Part shown: positions 25,340-37,010 of the stretch, one piece after another
How positions within the stretch are numbered: position 1 is the stretch's first letter
Layout: every line of letters begins with the position of its first letter
From: Rhynchobatus australiae
Taxonomy: Eukaryota
Direction: 5' to 3'
Assembly: GCA_034780895.1 (NCBI GenBank)
Contig: JAUZTB010000118.1
Location: 71,080,604 to 71,144,603 of the forward strand
Length of the DNA stretch: 64,000 bases
Translations under genes and position numbers: made by a program
Notes under the pieces: generated by a model
Databases searched by the model: none
What the model saw: the letters and a program-made list of their open reading frames with translations, nothing else
What the model was told of the DNA's origin: nothing

Positions 25340-25670
25340 GAAAGCCAATAGTTGGGGTACAGTGAAGATTTTCAGATTGGCAAGATGCGATGAATGGCAT
25401 TTCACAGGGCCCATTGTTTGTTTCATACTTCAGGTATATAAAGTGCAGCTGAATTCAGGAATTGAAGGGAAACAGTATTAAAGCATGCCAAAAGCACGAA
25501 ATTAGAAAGCTTAACATATGCTGAAATTAATAAAGGAAAGCAGGATAAAAAAAGCTAATGGTGAATATACTGTAGAGAAATATTACATGATCCATTCTGT
25601 GATTGAGAAAGGGGAAACACTTAAAAATGTTAAGACCAAAACAAAAGAGGCACACGAGGTTTGTGGTGTG
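25340..25670 (+). mobile_element. Very decayed CR1 RT fragment
   Basis: ttttcagattggcaagatgcgatgaatggcatttcacaggg encodes FSDWQDAMNGISQG, similar to FSxWxxVTSGVPQG. Confidence 0.55.
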
Positions 25671-25984
25671 CAAGTACGATGGTAATAAAGGAAAGTTGTG
25701 ACATCCTCTATCTCAGCCATCACCACCCAATCTCCACTTACAAAAATCCACCCCAATGTTTCAGAAAATTGCTGTACATTTTTTGGCTGATAAAATGGAC
25801 AGACTTTCTGTTTTTCATCACGTGAAGTGTGCTGTAAAAAGATGCAAGATTGTTTGATTGGCAGTTGTTAAAACTCAAAACATACATTCCAACCACACTT
25901 ACCCCAACTTTCTATTCACAATTATTTCAGCACTGCATGTCCTTAAGAGAGGTGAAATACTGGAATTGGTGCCTCAAAAACAAA

Positions 25985-26335
25985 GAGTAGTCCACTGGGG
26001 ATTGAATAGTGCACATCTTTCAACTTTGACATCAGGGTTCAAATCCAGCCCTGATGAGTGGAATTAAATTGCATTTTCTTTGCCAGCTACAAAGGCCTAA
26101 CAGAATTTATACAGTGCCTAGTGGAAAAGGTTCACAGAACAAAATTAACCACAATTTGACACAAACTGTAAATCATAAACTTTGATAATGTAGGAAGAAT
26201 TTATAAAGATGCAGTAATGGGTTCTCAGCTGAGGTTGTGGTTAAGACACATTGCTGGGGTTTTGAAGAGGAAATACTCCCTTGCAAGCAGTTTATTTGAC
26301 TATTTCAAAGGTTCTATCTGTGCTTACCATGACTA
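25985..26335 (+). mobile_element. LF-SINE-like ancient tRNA-derived SINE in SNX24 intron 2
   Basis: B-box gggttcaaatccagccc, then cagtgcctagtggaaaaggttcacagaacaaaattaaccacaatttgacac and gttgtggttaagacacattgctgggg. These blocks are colinear with the LF-SINE consensus as I recall it. Confidence 0.55.
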
Positions 26336-26957
26336 GGAGCGAGAAAAATTAAAGTATAGAGTACCTCTAAGGAATAAATTTAAGCCAACTCTGATTATAC
26401 AGTACTACCAACTGACAAAACTGTGCAAAATACTTTCAACAGTGGGGGGGTTTCCATCCCTGCTGTGCGATGAGTAAATCTGACTGCCTTAACAAGGTAG
26501 CAGTGATAGTAGATCTTCAAAAATATGGTTCTGTGCAGCATAGTGTATAAACGGCTGCATTGTGCAGTGATTAATTGGGACTGTGGCCAACCAAAGTGTT
26601 ACAAATGTTGTACTCAGCATCAGCTCAGAAAACAGCATTTGTGAACAATATTTTGTTGCAGAATCCTTCCATCAACAGCGGTCAAGGAGTCATCATTGCA
26701 GCTGCTTCCTTCTATGATAGTACTGCCAGGTGAATAATGAACTCTTCAGATGAATGGAGGCAAATTCAAGACAATTCAAGCTTCCAGCAAAACCTGGCTG
26801 CTTACAAGGTAAATACTCTAAGGATGTCCCTTCAGCTGATGATTAACAATCCCACTTGTTCTGTGGACCTATAGCAGTAACCTACAACGAGTAGATATTG
26901 GGTTGGGCAGAGTTTGGGTGGGGGTGGTGGAACATGTGGAGTAATGAAAGAAATTAC

Positions 26958-27041
26958 CTTTTTATGCAGTGCATGAAATTCACTGTACCGTTTCTCTACA
27001 AAGTGCTTCCTTCCACTCATGAGTACTTCAATTTTAAATAC
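26958..27041 (-). CDS. SNX24: Sorting nexin 24, internal coding exon (exon 2 equivalent), PX domain N-terminal part
   Basis: The minus strand reads tttttgtag|GTA TTT AAA ... AAA AAG|gtaatt. The 84 nt encode VFKIEVLMSGRKHFVEKRYSEFHALHKK, nearly identical to vertebrate SNX24 as I recall it, including the PX RYSEF motif. Phase 0-0. Confidence 0.95.
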
Positions 27042-29727
27042 CTACAAAAAAATAACAATTAAAAACATGTTAAATAAGACTGAACAATAAAAAAGTCTTC
27101 AATGACACATAATGAAGCACTGACTCACGGTAACATTGACAAAAGCTCAATTACCAAGTTTATTCAACAGAAATTATAGTTTTATTTATTTTTAAACTTT
27201 GTCAGCTTTAGCAAATCAGTGAAAATTAGCTTAGAATTAAACTGCCTAACCAACCTTAGACAGAAAAAAAGGTTAGAAATGTGAATTTAGAAGTGAATAA
27301 AAGTTTATTTTGTCACTTAAGAAACATTTTTTCATTCTTTCTTTCAGATGATCAACCTGCAATGCGACAACAACATTTTTGTATATTTGAGATTTCTAAC
27401 ACTTATAGTTTGCTTCAAATTAGCTTACAGAGTGCATTGTTAGGACATAAATTTACAATTTTGTGGTTCTATGCAAAAAACACAGATACTGTTAAGATAA
27501 CAGAAACCATTAAGACCTTACAAGTATTGCAGAGGTGTGAAACCACTCCTGCTGCAAGCTAATTTTCTTCTAACCTACACATATATTAATTTAAAAAAAA
27601 TCTCAGCTGGACATTTTCAATCTGTTGTAGCACGATGAAGAATAGCAAAAGTTCACTTTCATTACAAGACAAATATGACAGGTTCTATTGCTTTCACTGG
27701 CCTGCGGAAGGTCAAAAGGCCAGAATATCAAGCCTCTGGGTGTGCTAATTAATACCCTGCACAGTGTCACTGCCTGAATCTAGGGTCACTGAATTCGTCT
27801 GGAAAATGGATGATAAAGAACATAGGAGAAAGCAGCCATCAAAGCACAGGTACTCAGTACCGGAGCTACAAAATGAATAGCATACATCTTTATTTTGAAA
27901 AAGACTTAGAAATAGGATTCAAGTATTTTTGTTTTTCAGCAAAGAAACATTTAGAGAGCAAGGGGAAACAGTTCAAGCACATGAATTACTTGATCCACTT
28001 TATCTCTTACACAATAGCAATTGTTTTGACTAATATTTCATAACAACATTGAAAGCCATTATATTTCAATAAAAAAGTCTGGAACATGCAAAAAGAAAAT
28101 ACAGAAATTACAAATAAAAGATAAGTTTGAACACTTCATCATACATACAAAAATCAGCTGTAGAAATATAAAATGGATTTAAAATAACAAAATGTTAAAA
28201 ATATTTTAAGTACAAATGGCTTGCCATTTACATCTANNNNNNNNNNNNNNNNNNNNNNNNNNNNNNNNNNNNNNNNNNNNNNNNNNNNNNNNNNNNNNNN
28301 NNNNNNNNNNNNNNNNNNNNNNNNNNNNNNNNNNNNNNNNNNNNNNNNNNNNNNNNNNNNNNNNNNNNNNNNNNNNNNNNNNNNNNNNNNNNNNNNNNNN
28401 NNNNNNNNNNNNNNNNNNNNNNNNNNNNNNNNNNNNNNNNNNNNNNNNNNNNNNNNNNNNNNNNNNNNNNNNNNNNNNNNNNNNNNNNNNNNNNNNNNNN
28501 NNNNNNNNNNNNNNNNNNNNNNNNNNNNNNNNNNNNNNNNNNNNNNNNNNNNNNNNNNNNNNNNNNNNNNNNNNNNNNNNNNNNNNNNNNNNNNNNNNNN
28601 NNNNNNNNNNNNNNNNNNNNNNNNNNNNNNNNNNNNNNNNNNNNNNNNNNNNNNNNNNNNNNNNNNNNNNNNNNNTACATTCTCCAGAGAAATGGTATAT
28701 TGGCATAATTTTTGATCCTGTTCAGAGGTGAGGCTCATCAGTCCCACTGATCAGTGGAGAAGTGGACTGCAGAAGATGAGCAACATCTTGTAAATTCCTA
28801 TCCATTTGGTTTGTTAGTTTCATCAAAGTGCTGACAATGTTTGGATGGCTGACAGTTAAATTTCCACAAAAGCTACTAAAACTAGCAATGCAAGCCCTGC
28901 TCTGGAGAAGCCCGTTTGAAGCTGGCAATAAGATCTGTTGAAGAGTGAGGATGGCATGCCAAATGACATCAGGCAGGAGGAAAGCAGCCAGGTTTAGAAT
29001 TTTGGTGCAAAATTCCTGAGCAAGCTTTCAATATCTGTTATTAGCTCACTGGATGAGAAAGAGAGATTTCTTTTCATCGTTGGATTCCTGAGTCTTCATC
29101 TCTGTTCTGCAGGTAAGGAGGAGATGACCTCTATGACCACATGGGATACCTCTGTTCTCTACTCGCATCTCTTCAGGAGCTATTTTAGTCAGGAAACGTT
29201 CTGAAACATTCCCTGATCTAGCTATAGTACCAATCTCCATCTGGTATTTGGAATGGTCAAAGCAGTTGATGATACCTCCTCAAGAGGATTCCCCTCCTCC
29301 ACAATGCATTCTTCTGTGGAAGAGTTCAAGGACCACAGTTGGGATGTCATGAGCAGGCTGCACAGTAGTGGGCAACAGCTCATAGCAGATCACAACGTTC
29401 AAAAACTGGCTGGATCTGCTATGAGGTACACTGAGGAAGCATCCTCTGCAGATAAGCATCAATTCAGTTCTCCATTACAGACTGCTCTAGAGGGGTCGCT
29501 AATGTTGGGAGCTTGCTGCTTCAACTAGGAGAGAACTATACTGTTATATTGCCTCCCCGGCCTCCCATCGTGCTATGCACCATTTTCTGTTGCAGATAAG
29601 AGTTAAACGCTGCAAATGTAAGAAGAGTTGAGGCGATTCATTCTTGGTACACAGTAAAACAGAGAATCTACCTAAAAGCACAGCTGTTTACAGATTACCC
29701 AAGACTTTAATCAGGTTATCTATCATC

Positions 29728-29903
29728 TGCAAGAGACCGCAGATGCTGGAACCTGGAACAAAAAACAAACTGCTGCAGCAACCCAACAGGTCGAACAGCA
29801 TCAGGACTGATGCAGGGTCTCAAGCTAATCATCGACAATTCCTTACCCGTCCCACAGATGTTGCTCGACCCACTGAATTCCTCCAGCAGTCTGCTTTTTG
29901 CTG
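29728..29903. mobile_element. Penelope-type palindromic element
   Basis: caagagaccgcagatgctggaacctgg...caggtcgaacagcatc, then ctgatgcagggtctc, then agatgttgctcgacccactgaattcctccagcag. Same family as 14317-14497. Confidence 0.75.
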
Positions 29904-29904
29904 T

Positions 29905-30060
29905 CTATTCATTTACGTCATTGCATTTTGCAGAATCTGATTGCATGTTAACTGCCATACTTCCCACAACAATGACTACATTTCAGAACTACTTCATTGG
30001 CCGTGAAGTTGGGATATTGAGACCATGAAAAATAGTTTATACTTACAAGTATTTTCTTTC
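29905..30060 (+). mobile_element. Deu-SINE/L2-type 3' tail
   Basis: acaacaatgactacatttcagaactacttcattggccgtgaag...caagtattttcttt resembles the SacSINE1 3' end. An inverted copy lies at 46570-46700. Confidence 0.55.
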
Positions 30061-30324
30061 TTCGGCAGGTTTTGAATGGAAAGTAAGTGGCCGGGATGAG
30101 AAGGGAGGAAAGCATCGGGGGATTTGTTTCACAAATAGCCATTTTGTGACAATAGAGACTGCTGTGAAGGCAACAAAATGGGAAAGTGATCTGTGTATTG
30201 AGGATGAGGAGTGGTGTCATTTGCCACTGTGATACAGGGAAGAGAATGGTTCATTGTTAGGGTTGTGAGTGGAGAGCATTATTACCTAGTGGTTTTGAGA
30301 GATGATTGAACGAGGATACCTACT

Positions 30325-30722
30325 CAAAGCAGGCAGCATAATCAAAGACCCCACCCACCCAGGTCATTCTCTTTTCTCTCCTCTTCCATCAGGTAAAAGA
30401 TACAGGAGCCTGAGGGCACGTACCACCAGGCTTAAGGACAGCTTCTAACCTACTGTGATAAGACTATTGAACGGTTCCCTTGTACGATGAGATGGACTCT
30501 GACCTTATGATCTACCTTGTTTGCGACCTTGCACCTTATTGCACTGCACCTTCTCTGTAGCTGTGGCACTTTATACTGTTATTGCTTTTACCTGCAATAC
30601 CTCAATGCACTCTGTACCATCTCAATGTAACTGCACTGTGTAATGAATTGACCTGTACGATCAGTATGCAAGACAAGTTTTTCACTGTGCCTTGGTACAA
30701 GTGACAATAATAAACCAATATA
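30325..30722 (+). mobile_element. Rex1-like LINE, 5'-truncated copy
   Basis: Colinear with 9285-9660: IIKDPTHPGHSLFSPLPSGKRYRSLRARTTRLKDSF and the same 3' UTR. Confidence 0.85.
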
Positions 30723-30929
30723 CCAAATACTTCTCCCTGGTCATTAAAACATTTCCTGCACATGTCTTGGAGTTCACCATCTCAGCAACCGCTCTCCAGG
30801 CCGAGAAATGATCCACTTTGGATTACTTATTTCCACTGGTGAGAAGCCAAAGTCTCTTGTTTTCACCAAGTTTTCTAGTGAAGCATTGGAGAATTTCAGA
30901 TTTGCTCTTGCACAACGATGAATATTTTA

Positions 30930-31555
30930 GGACGAAAAGGTAACAACAGTAGAATACATGCAACTGTTAAGAATCACATTCCCTCTTTAAATGAGCCTTT
31001 GGAGGCCACTGGAATGTACATCCCAGAAGTAGGGATCTGTTCATTCCCAACATATCAAGCATTAATTAAATTTAAAGAGAGATCACGAGCTAAACTCCTG
31101 GATGAAAGGGTTTGTTTAATTAAGATACATCTGAACAGGTTGGCCTTATACCCACTGGGAGGTCAGAAGAATGAGAGGTGATCTCATTGAAACGCAAGAT
31201 TCTGGGTGGGTGGGGGAGCTTTATAGGATTAATGCTGAGAAGGGTTTTTTCCTTTATGGGGAAAACTAGACCTAGTTCCAGAATAAGGAATTGCCCATTT
31301 GAGATGGAAATGAGGACAAGCTCTTTTTCCTTCCTCTGAGGATTTAAATCTTTTGAACTCTCTACACGAAACGGCTGCTGAACATATTCTAAAACAGATT
31401 TTTGGCATCAAGCTTCATGGAAAATCAAGTGCTACCGGGATCAGGTAGAAAAGTGGAGTTGAGACGAAGATCAGATAAGCCATTGTTTTATTGACTGGCA
31501 GAGAAGACCTGAGAGACTGTAGGACTCACTCTGCTCCCGTGTCCTTGTGATGCTA
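30930..31555 (+). mobile_element. Decayed CR1 3' region
   Basis: RLALYPL..QKNERxDLIET-like segment and CR1 tail gagactgtaggactcactctgctcc. Confidence 0.65.
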
Positions 31556-32809
31556 CAGGCTGAGCCGGCAAACAAGTTTTGCATTTGTCCCATCCTCATT
31601 TGCTGCAACTGATTCAGAGTTAAAATCCATCTCATTGTTTAACTTAAATGGAATAACAGAATTTTAAACAAATAGTGCACCACTTATTTTAGCACTCATT
31701 TCTGAATTAATCTAACACATCAATGACATTATAAAGATACTGAGTCCGACACACAATAACCCTAGATATACTCCCATGCCTGCAGACATTTTATTAATAT
31801 TTTAAACACATTTGCTGAGAACTTTGAGTAAATGGACAAGAACCACATTTAAACCTCAGTCACTAAGTATACATTTAAAGTTTCTTTCTCTTGTATGTAT
31901 GATCTTACATTTGTCAAATCCTACCCTATCCATTTAATCTGTTCACTTCTGTCATGGTGTTATTAATCCTCCTTGCACTCGACATTCAGTGACAAAGCTT
32001 GGGCTTGGATAAAGGATATGTTACCAGAAATTAACTCCACAATATCAATTACAAATAGTTTATTAAACAATTAGAATGGTNNNNNNNNNNNNNNNNNNNN
32101 NNNNNNCCTGCAAAATGTCTCCAATCACTTTCTTCCACCCCCTCCCACAACCACAGTAATTCTGGCTTAGGCTCAATCCACTTTATTAACCATCTTCAGT
32201 TGTACTGCCGCAGCAGTGATCAATCCAATGAAAGCAAAATTCAGTGATCTTAAAAATCCCATTAAAATAAAAGACAAACTTCTAATGATTGGCTGAAAAT
32301 TGAATAAAAACATAATCTTTAATTTGAAGTATAGATGCAGTTATGTGGCACCTCAAAATACAAAATGATAAATTTACATGGACTGCAGCTCTTTTTCCCC
32401 TCACTTCCCTTCCCTCCTCGATACACAAAGGGGCTTCATACCGACAAGTAGGTTCTTAGATCCGCTCCACTCAAGAGATTACCAGGGATCAGCTATTCTT
32501 TGATAGCACTGCTGATGTCTCCTATTATTTCACAGATGAATACAAGAAAGCTCATAACCAACTCTTATTCACTCATTATCCCTGAGCAAACTGACCTATA
32601 CTGGCTCTTGAATATCATCACTTTAAAATTCTCAGCCTTGTTCTAATTCCTCCATTGCCTTTTCCCTTCTCCTCTTTAAATGATTAAAGATTCCTGCAGT
32701 CCTCCAATTCTGGCCTCTTTTAATGTCATCCTTAAAACCACTCTATATATTGGTCCAAGCATTTTGTCATATGTCCAGGGCTTATGTGATTCCAAGGCTC
32801 TTCTACAAG

Positions 32810-33580
32810 AACATAAAATAAAAATGAGAAGAAATCAAGGCCATTCAGCCCTTTCTCCCTGCCCCACCATTCAATGTGGCCAATTTATTTACCTTTGCAC
32901 CACCTCCCTAAACTCAGGTCCCTTGATTCCCTTAATATTCAAAGATTCTTTCATGTCTGTTTTGAATATACTCAGTTACTGAGCCTCCAAAGCCCTCTTG
33001 GGTAGAGAATTCTTTCCAGACCTGTTATTTCCCACTTTTTCCAGCAGATTTTTCTTAATATAATCTTCTGTGAAACCAGTCCTGAAATATTTATTTCGTT
33101 GCCATATCCTTATTCCCCAATATAATTTCTCATCTTTTCCTTTGTAAAGGGCCCATAGTAACTTTGGCTAATGTTTTTCTTTTTACTTATCTATATAAGC
33201 CTTTCCAGTCTGTGCTTATGTTTCTTGCTGGGTTACTGTTGTATTCTGCTTTCCCTTTCCTTATCATCTCTTTTGCTGAATTCTGAAACTATTCCAATCC
33301 TTAGGCTCGCTGGTCTTTTGGCAATATTATAACCCCTTTTCCTTTCATCAATTACTAGCAAGTTTTTTTCATTTGATATGTTTGGACCACTTTTCCTACA
33401 TGCTTTATGTCCCTTAAAAGGATATGTAGTTGTTGTAACCTTTAAATGTTAATTCTTTAAGCATGAGCTGCTTCTTGTCTACCGTCATACTTTTTGATGT
33501 TGTTTCCTAATATACCATTGCCAACTTTACATCTTATATCTTCATCGTTTGTTTTGCTTAGGTTTAAGACCCAAGTTTCA
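32810..33580 (-). mobile_element. Decayed CR1 (3' tail joined to a linker-region fragment)
   Basis: gaacataaaataaaaatgagaagaaatcaaggccattcagccc tail. Further along, the minus strand gives NPARNISTDWKGLYR...KTLAKVTMGPLQ, homologous to 63170-63260. Confidence 0.7.
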
Positions 33581-35367
33581 GTGCTTGTAGTTAATGAGAA
33601 ATGTTAATAAATCCTCCAACTGCAGCTTGTGCAGAATTGGCTTCCAGTACTAACCTCCATCATATTCACTTAGATAATTCAACAAATTGCAGCTTAGGTA
33701 GCATCTGAAGAATAACAAGAGTAACATAAATAAGATCTAGGAAATTGGCTATTACCAAGTCATTATCACTCGATTTCTGTCTTTTTTAAAGAAGAACTCA
33801 TTTCCTGTACTTTTACATATATTGTGAAATTAATAAATCCATTTATATAGTCATTATAGAAACATNNNNNNNNNNNNNNNNNNNNNNNNNNNNNNNNNNN
33901 NNNNNNCATCAAAGGTATATCCCCATTTATTCTCTGCCTACAATCAGAATCCAAGAATCCTTAACCTTATCCAAAGTCATGCATGAAATGTCAGATGAAG
34001 GCCCTCAGGTATAAGTTAGAGTCCAGAATGGACAGCAACACAGTATGAATCACTGTCGTTCCAAAATGTAGGATCAGCAGTTCCAAACCTCTTCTATGTG
34101 GACATCCAAAAACGGAAAAAAGCTGTTCCAAGAGATTTAGTATTGATTTTTTTCTGAACAAAGAGACTTTCTCTGGTTACATGATACATCATAATCAGGT
34201 AATTTGTACTAGTGTTTCACCAGCTGAAGAATACCACACTCAAAAAATATGTTGACTTGCAAAAAAGTGCAGAATTTTTCAGAGAGAGGATTTTAACAAA
34301 AACAGAAAAACCTTTCCTGAAAAGATCAAATGTCAGCTTTTTAGTTGGAACTATTATTGTGCAATATGTTACAGCACAGTACAATATTCTAATCAATCAG
34401 CATTGACCTCTTACCTCCCACACCTCCTCCTAGGGTTGTATATAATTAGAAGCAATGTGCTCTCTAAAGTGAATTGGTCTTACTGTACTGTATCTGGTTT
34501 AAAAAAAATTACACTTCCAATCAAAAATCAATAGGATCTTGACCCAACATACACAGACATCCTAAACAGTGCCAAGAAAAACCAATTAAATAGAAAGACT
34601 GCCTGAATGAGACAGTAAAACAAATCTAAAATACATCATAACTGGAAGATATTGTATAACTAAAGCAACACCAAAACAGAAATGGTATCTCCAATCGTTT
34701 CAATCTTTAAAAAATTCTCCTAACACCACCATCACTCCCCAGTAAAAACACCCACTGCCACCACCTCCCACCTACCAATTTATGAAAACTATTGGAGAAT
34801 TTTTTTTGTCTGATTGGTCAGTTTATGTTAATGGACATTCAAANNNNNNNNNNNNNNNNNNNNNNNNNNNACAGAGCAAAATGAAGGAGTTTATAATAGA
34901 ATTAAATAGAATCAAAGTGAAATGGTGAAAGTAAATTAGAAGCAGTGATAATGAACAACTAAAAATCCAAAATATTTCCAAACATTACCCTTTTAACAGC
35001 ATACAGTAATGGGTCATATTTCCAAATATAGCCCTTTTAACAACACACAATAATGGGTCAGATATCAATTTTTGTACACAACTAAAAAGACCAAGGAAAG
35101 GGTCAGAAGACCTCCACCACAAGAACAAAGCACATTTTAAACAAAGTGATTTCTTCTCACAAATGTAGGCCACAGTTTAAACAGCTATACAAAATGCAGC
35201 TAGATAAGAGGAAAACTGCAGAAATATGAAATGTATTATGAAGAGAAAAGTATATTTTTTTTACTTGACCAAAGACCATGAAAAGAAACAACTTCATAAA
35301 AATTATTTGTCAAGAAATTGAATTAATTTACACCCACATTTTTATGCAAATCAAACACAGATGGAAT

Positions 35368-35587
35368 TAAAACCTGCTGGAGGAGCTCAGCAGATCAGGC
35401 AGCATCTGTGGAGGGAGATGAATAGCCGATGTTTTGGCTTGAAACCCTTCATCTGGCTTCATCAGTCCAGATGAAGAGTCTTACGTCAACTGTCCACTTC
35501 CCTCCGGAGATGCTGCCTGACCCACTAAGTTCCTGCAGCAGTTTGCTTTTTGCTCCAGATTCCAGCATCTACAGTCCTTTGAGTATC
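35368..35587. mobile_element. Penelope-type palindromic element, both arms
   Basis: ctgctggaggagctcagcagatcaggcagcatctgtggaggga ... tccctccggagatgctgcctgacccactaagttcctgcagcag. The centre is cttcatctgg..ccagatgaag. Confidence 0.85.
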
Positions 35588-36299
35588 CCTAAATCAAGTT
35601 AACCTAGAGTCAGATTATCTTAGTTATTAATTCTGTGCAAAATGGTGCTCATTTGGATACTGGATTGGGTACCCCCATTTATTCTGTTAGCAAGGTTTAT
35701 GTGTACCTAATGACATTGGCATTCACACAATTCCAACTTTCGTCCTTGCTGGTTCAAATTGTAACTTTTGGGTGAAACCTACNNNNNNNNNNNNNNNNNN
35801 NNNNNNNNNNNNNNNNNNNNNNNNNNNNNNNNNNNNNNNNNNNNNNNNNNNNNNNNNNNNNNNNNNNNNNNNNNNNNNNNNNTGAAACCTACAACTGATT
35901 ATTCTCAGCAGAACTTAGGACACATTGTTGGGAAGCACACATTGTTGTACTTTGTTGGGATTTTTTTCTTTAGTTACTTAAAGGAGCACTCTGCTGAGAA
36001 TTGATCTAGCACCTTCAGAATTTGCAGAATCACCTTCTTAAGTCCACAGAAGGTATTTCAACTAACAAAGTATTCTTTCACTATATTACTGCTGACATAC
36101 ACATTCAATGGATGCACCAATGGTCACAGCAATCTGTTACTGGAGTTGTCACCAGACAATGATTGGCCGTGCAAGGCTGCAACGTCATTCCATTGCGAGA
36201 AAAGCCAACTTCCAGAATCCTCAGGGACACCACGTTCTACCCAGATCCCTATGAACAACGTACATATATATGTGCATGTTTCCAAGGTCTGGATCATAA

Positions 36300-37010
36300 G
36301 CACGAATTTTGGATATGACTGCTCATGGACTGTTCTCTTCATGGAGGTCACTTTGACTCTCAACTTTCTCAGCACAGGATCATTCCGAGTGGCTGCAACA
36401 GATTGCTGCCACGTCTGACAATATGCTGCTAACCGAAGCAATAGAAGTCACCCAGACACTGCACTTGCCTTGGGATGATTTCATCTGCCTTGATTTCAGC
36501 CCAGAACAGATGGCATCATGGGCAGTGGGATTTGCCAGCAGTGCCGTCTTCCCACAAGTATGGGCAGCCACTGAGTGCACTCGTGCCCATGAAAGCTCTC
36601 CCTCAATAACCTAGACATTTTCATCTACTAAAAGGATTTCCACTCCCTTAATATGCAGGTGATTAGATCATCAGAAGACTTTCCTGATGGTGATCACCAT
36701 GTTTCTGGGAAGCACATGAGATGCCTCTATTCTTAGGGAGACCAAACTGCATATATTGTCTATGACCAGCACTGCCAAGAAGAATAGATCCAAAGGGACA
36801 AGGGCTNNNNNNNNNNNNNNNNNNNNNNNNNNNNGGTCCTGCATGTGTAGCTGAGCACTGCTACACAAGCACCAGAATAGTTATGGAAAATGACATTGGT
36901 CCTTTGAAAATGAGATTCTGGTTCCTTCACCTGTCTTGTTTGCTCTGCAGTGCATGCCTACATGTGTGAAGACTTCATTATATTATAGCAATATGCTGCA
37001 CAACATAGCA
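36300..37010 (+). pseudogene. PIF/Harbinger (HARBI1-like) DDE transposase fossil
   Basis: Ordered motifs across frames: EVTLTLNFLSTGSF (36344-), FPQVWAATECT (consensus FPxVxGAIDCTH), KGF/HSLNMQV (36631-36661), FLGSTxDASIL (PGSxHD), (G)DKG (about 36795), TRIVMENDIGPLKMRF, MLHNIA (36993-37010). Multiple stops and frameshifts. Confidence 0.85.
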
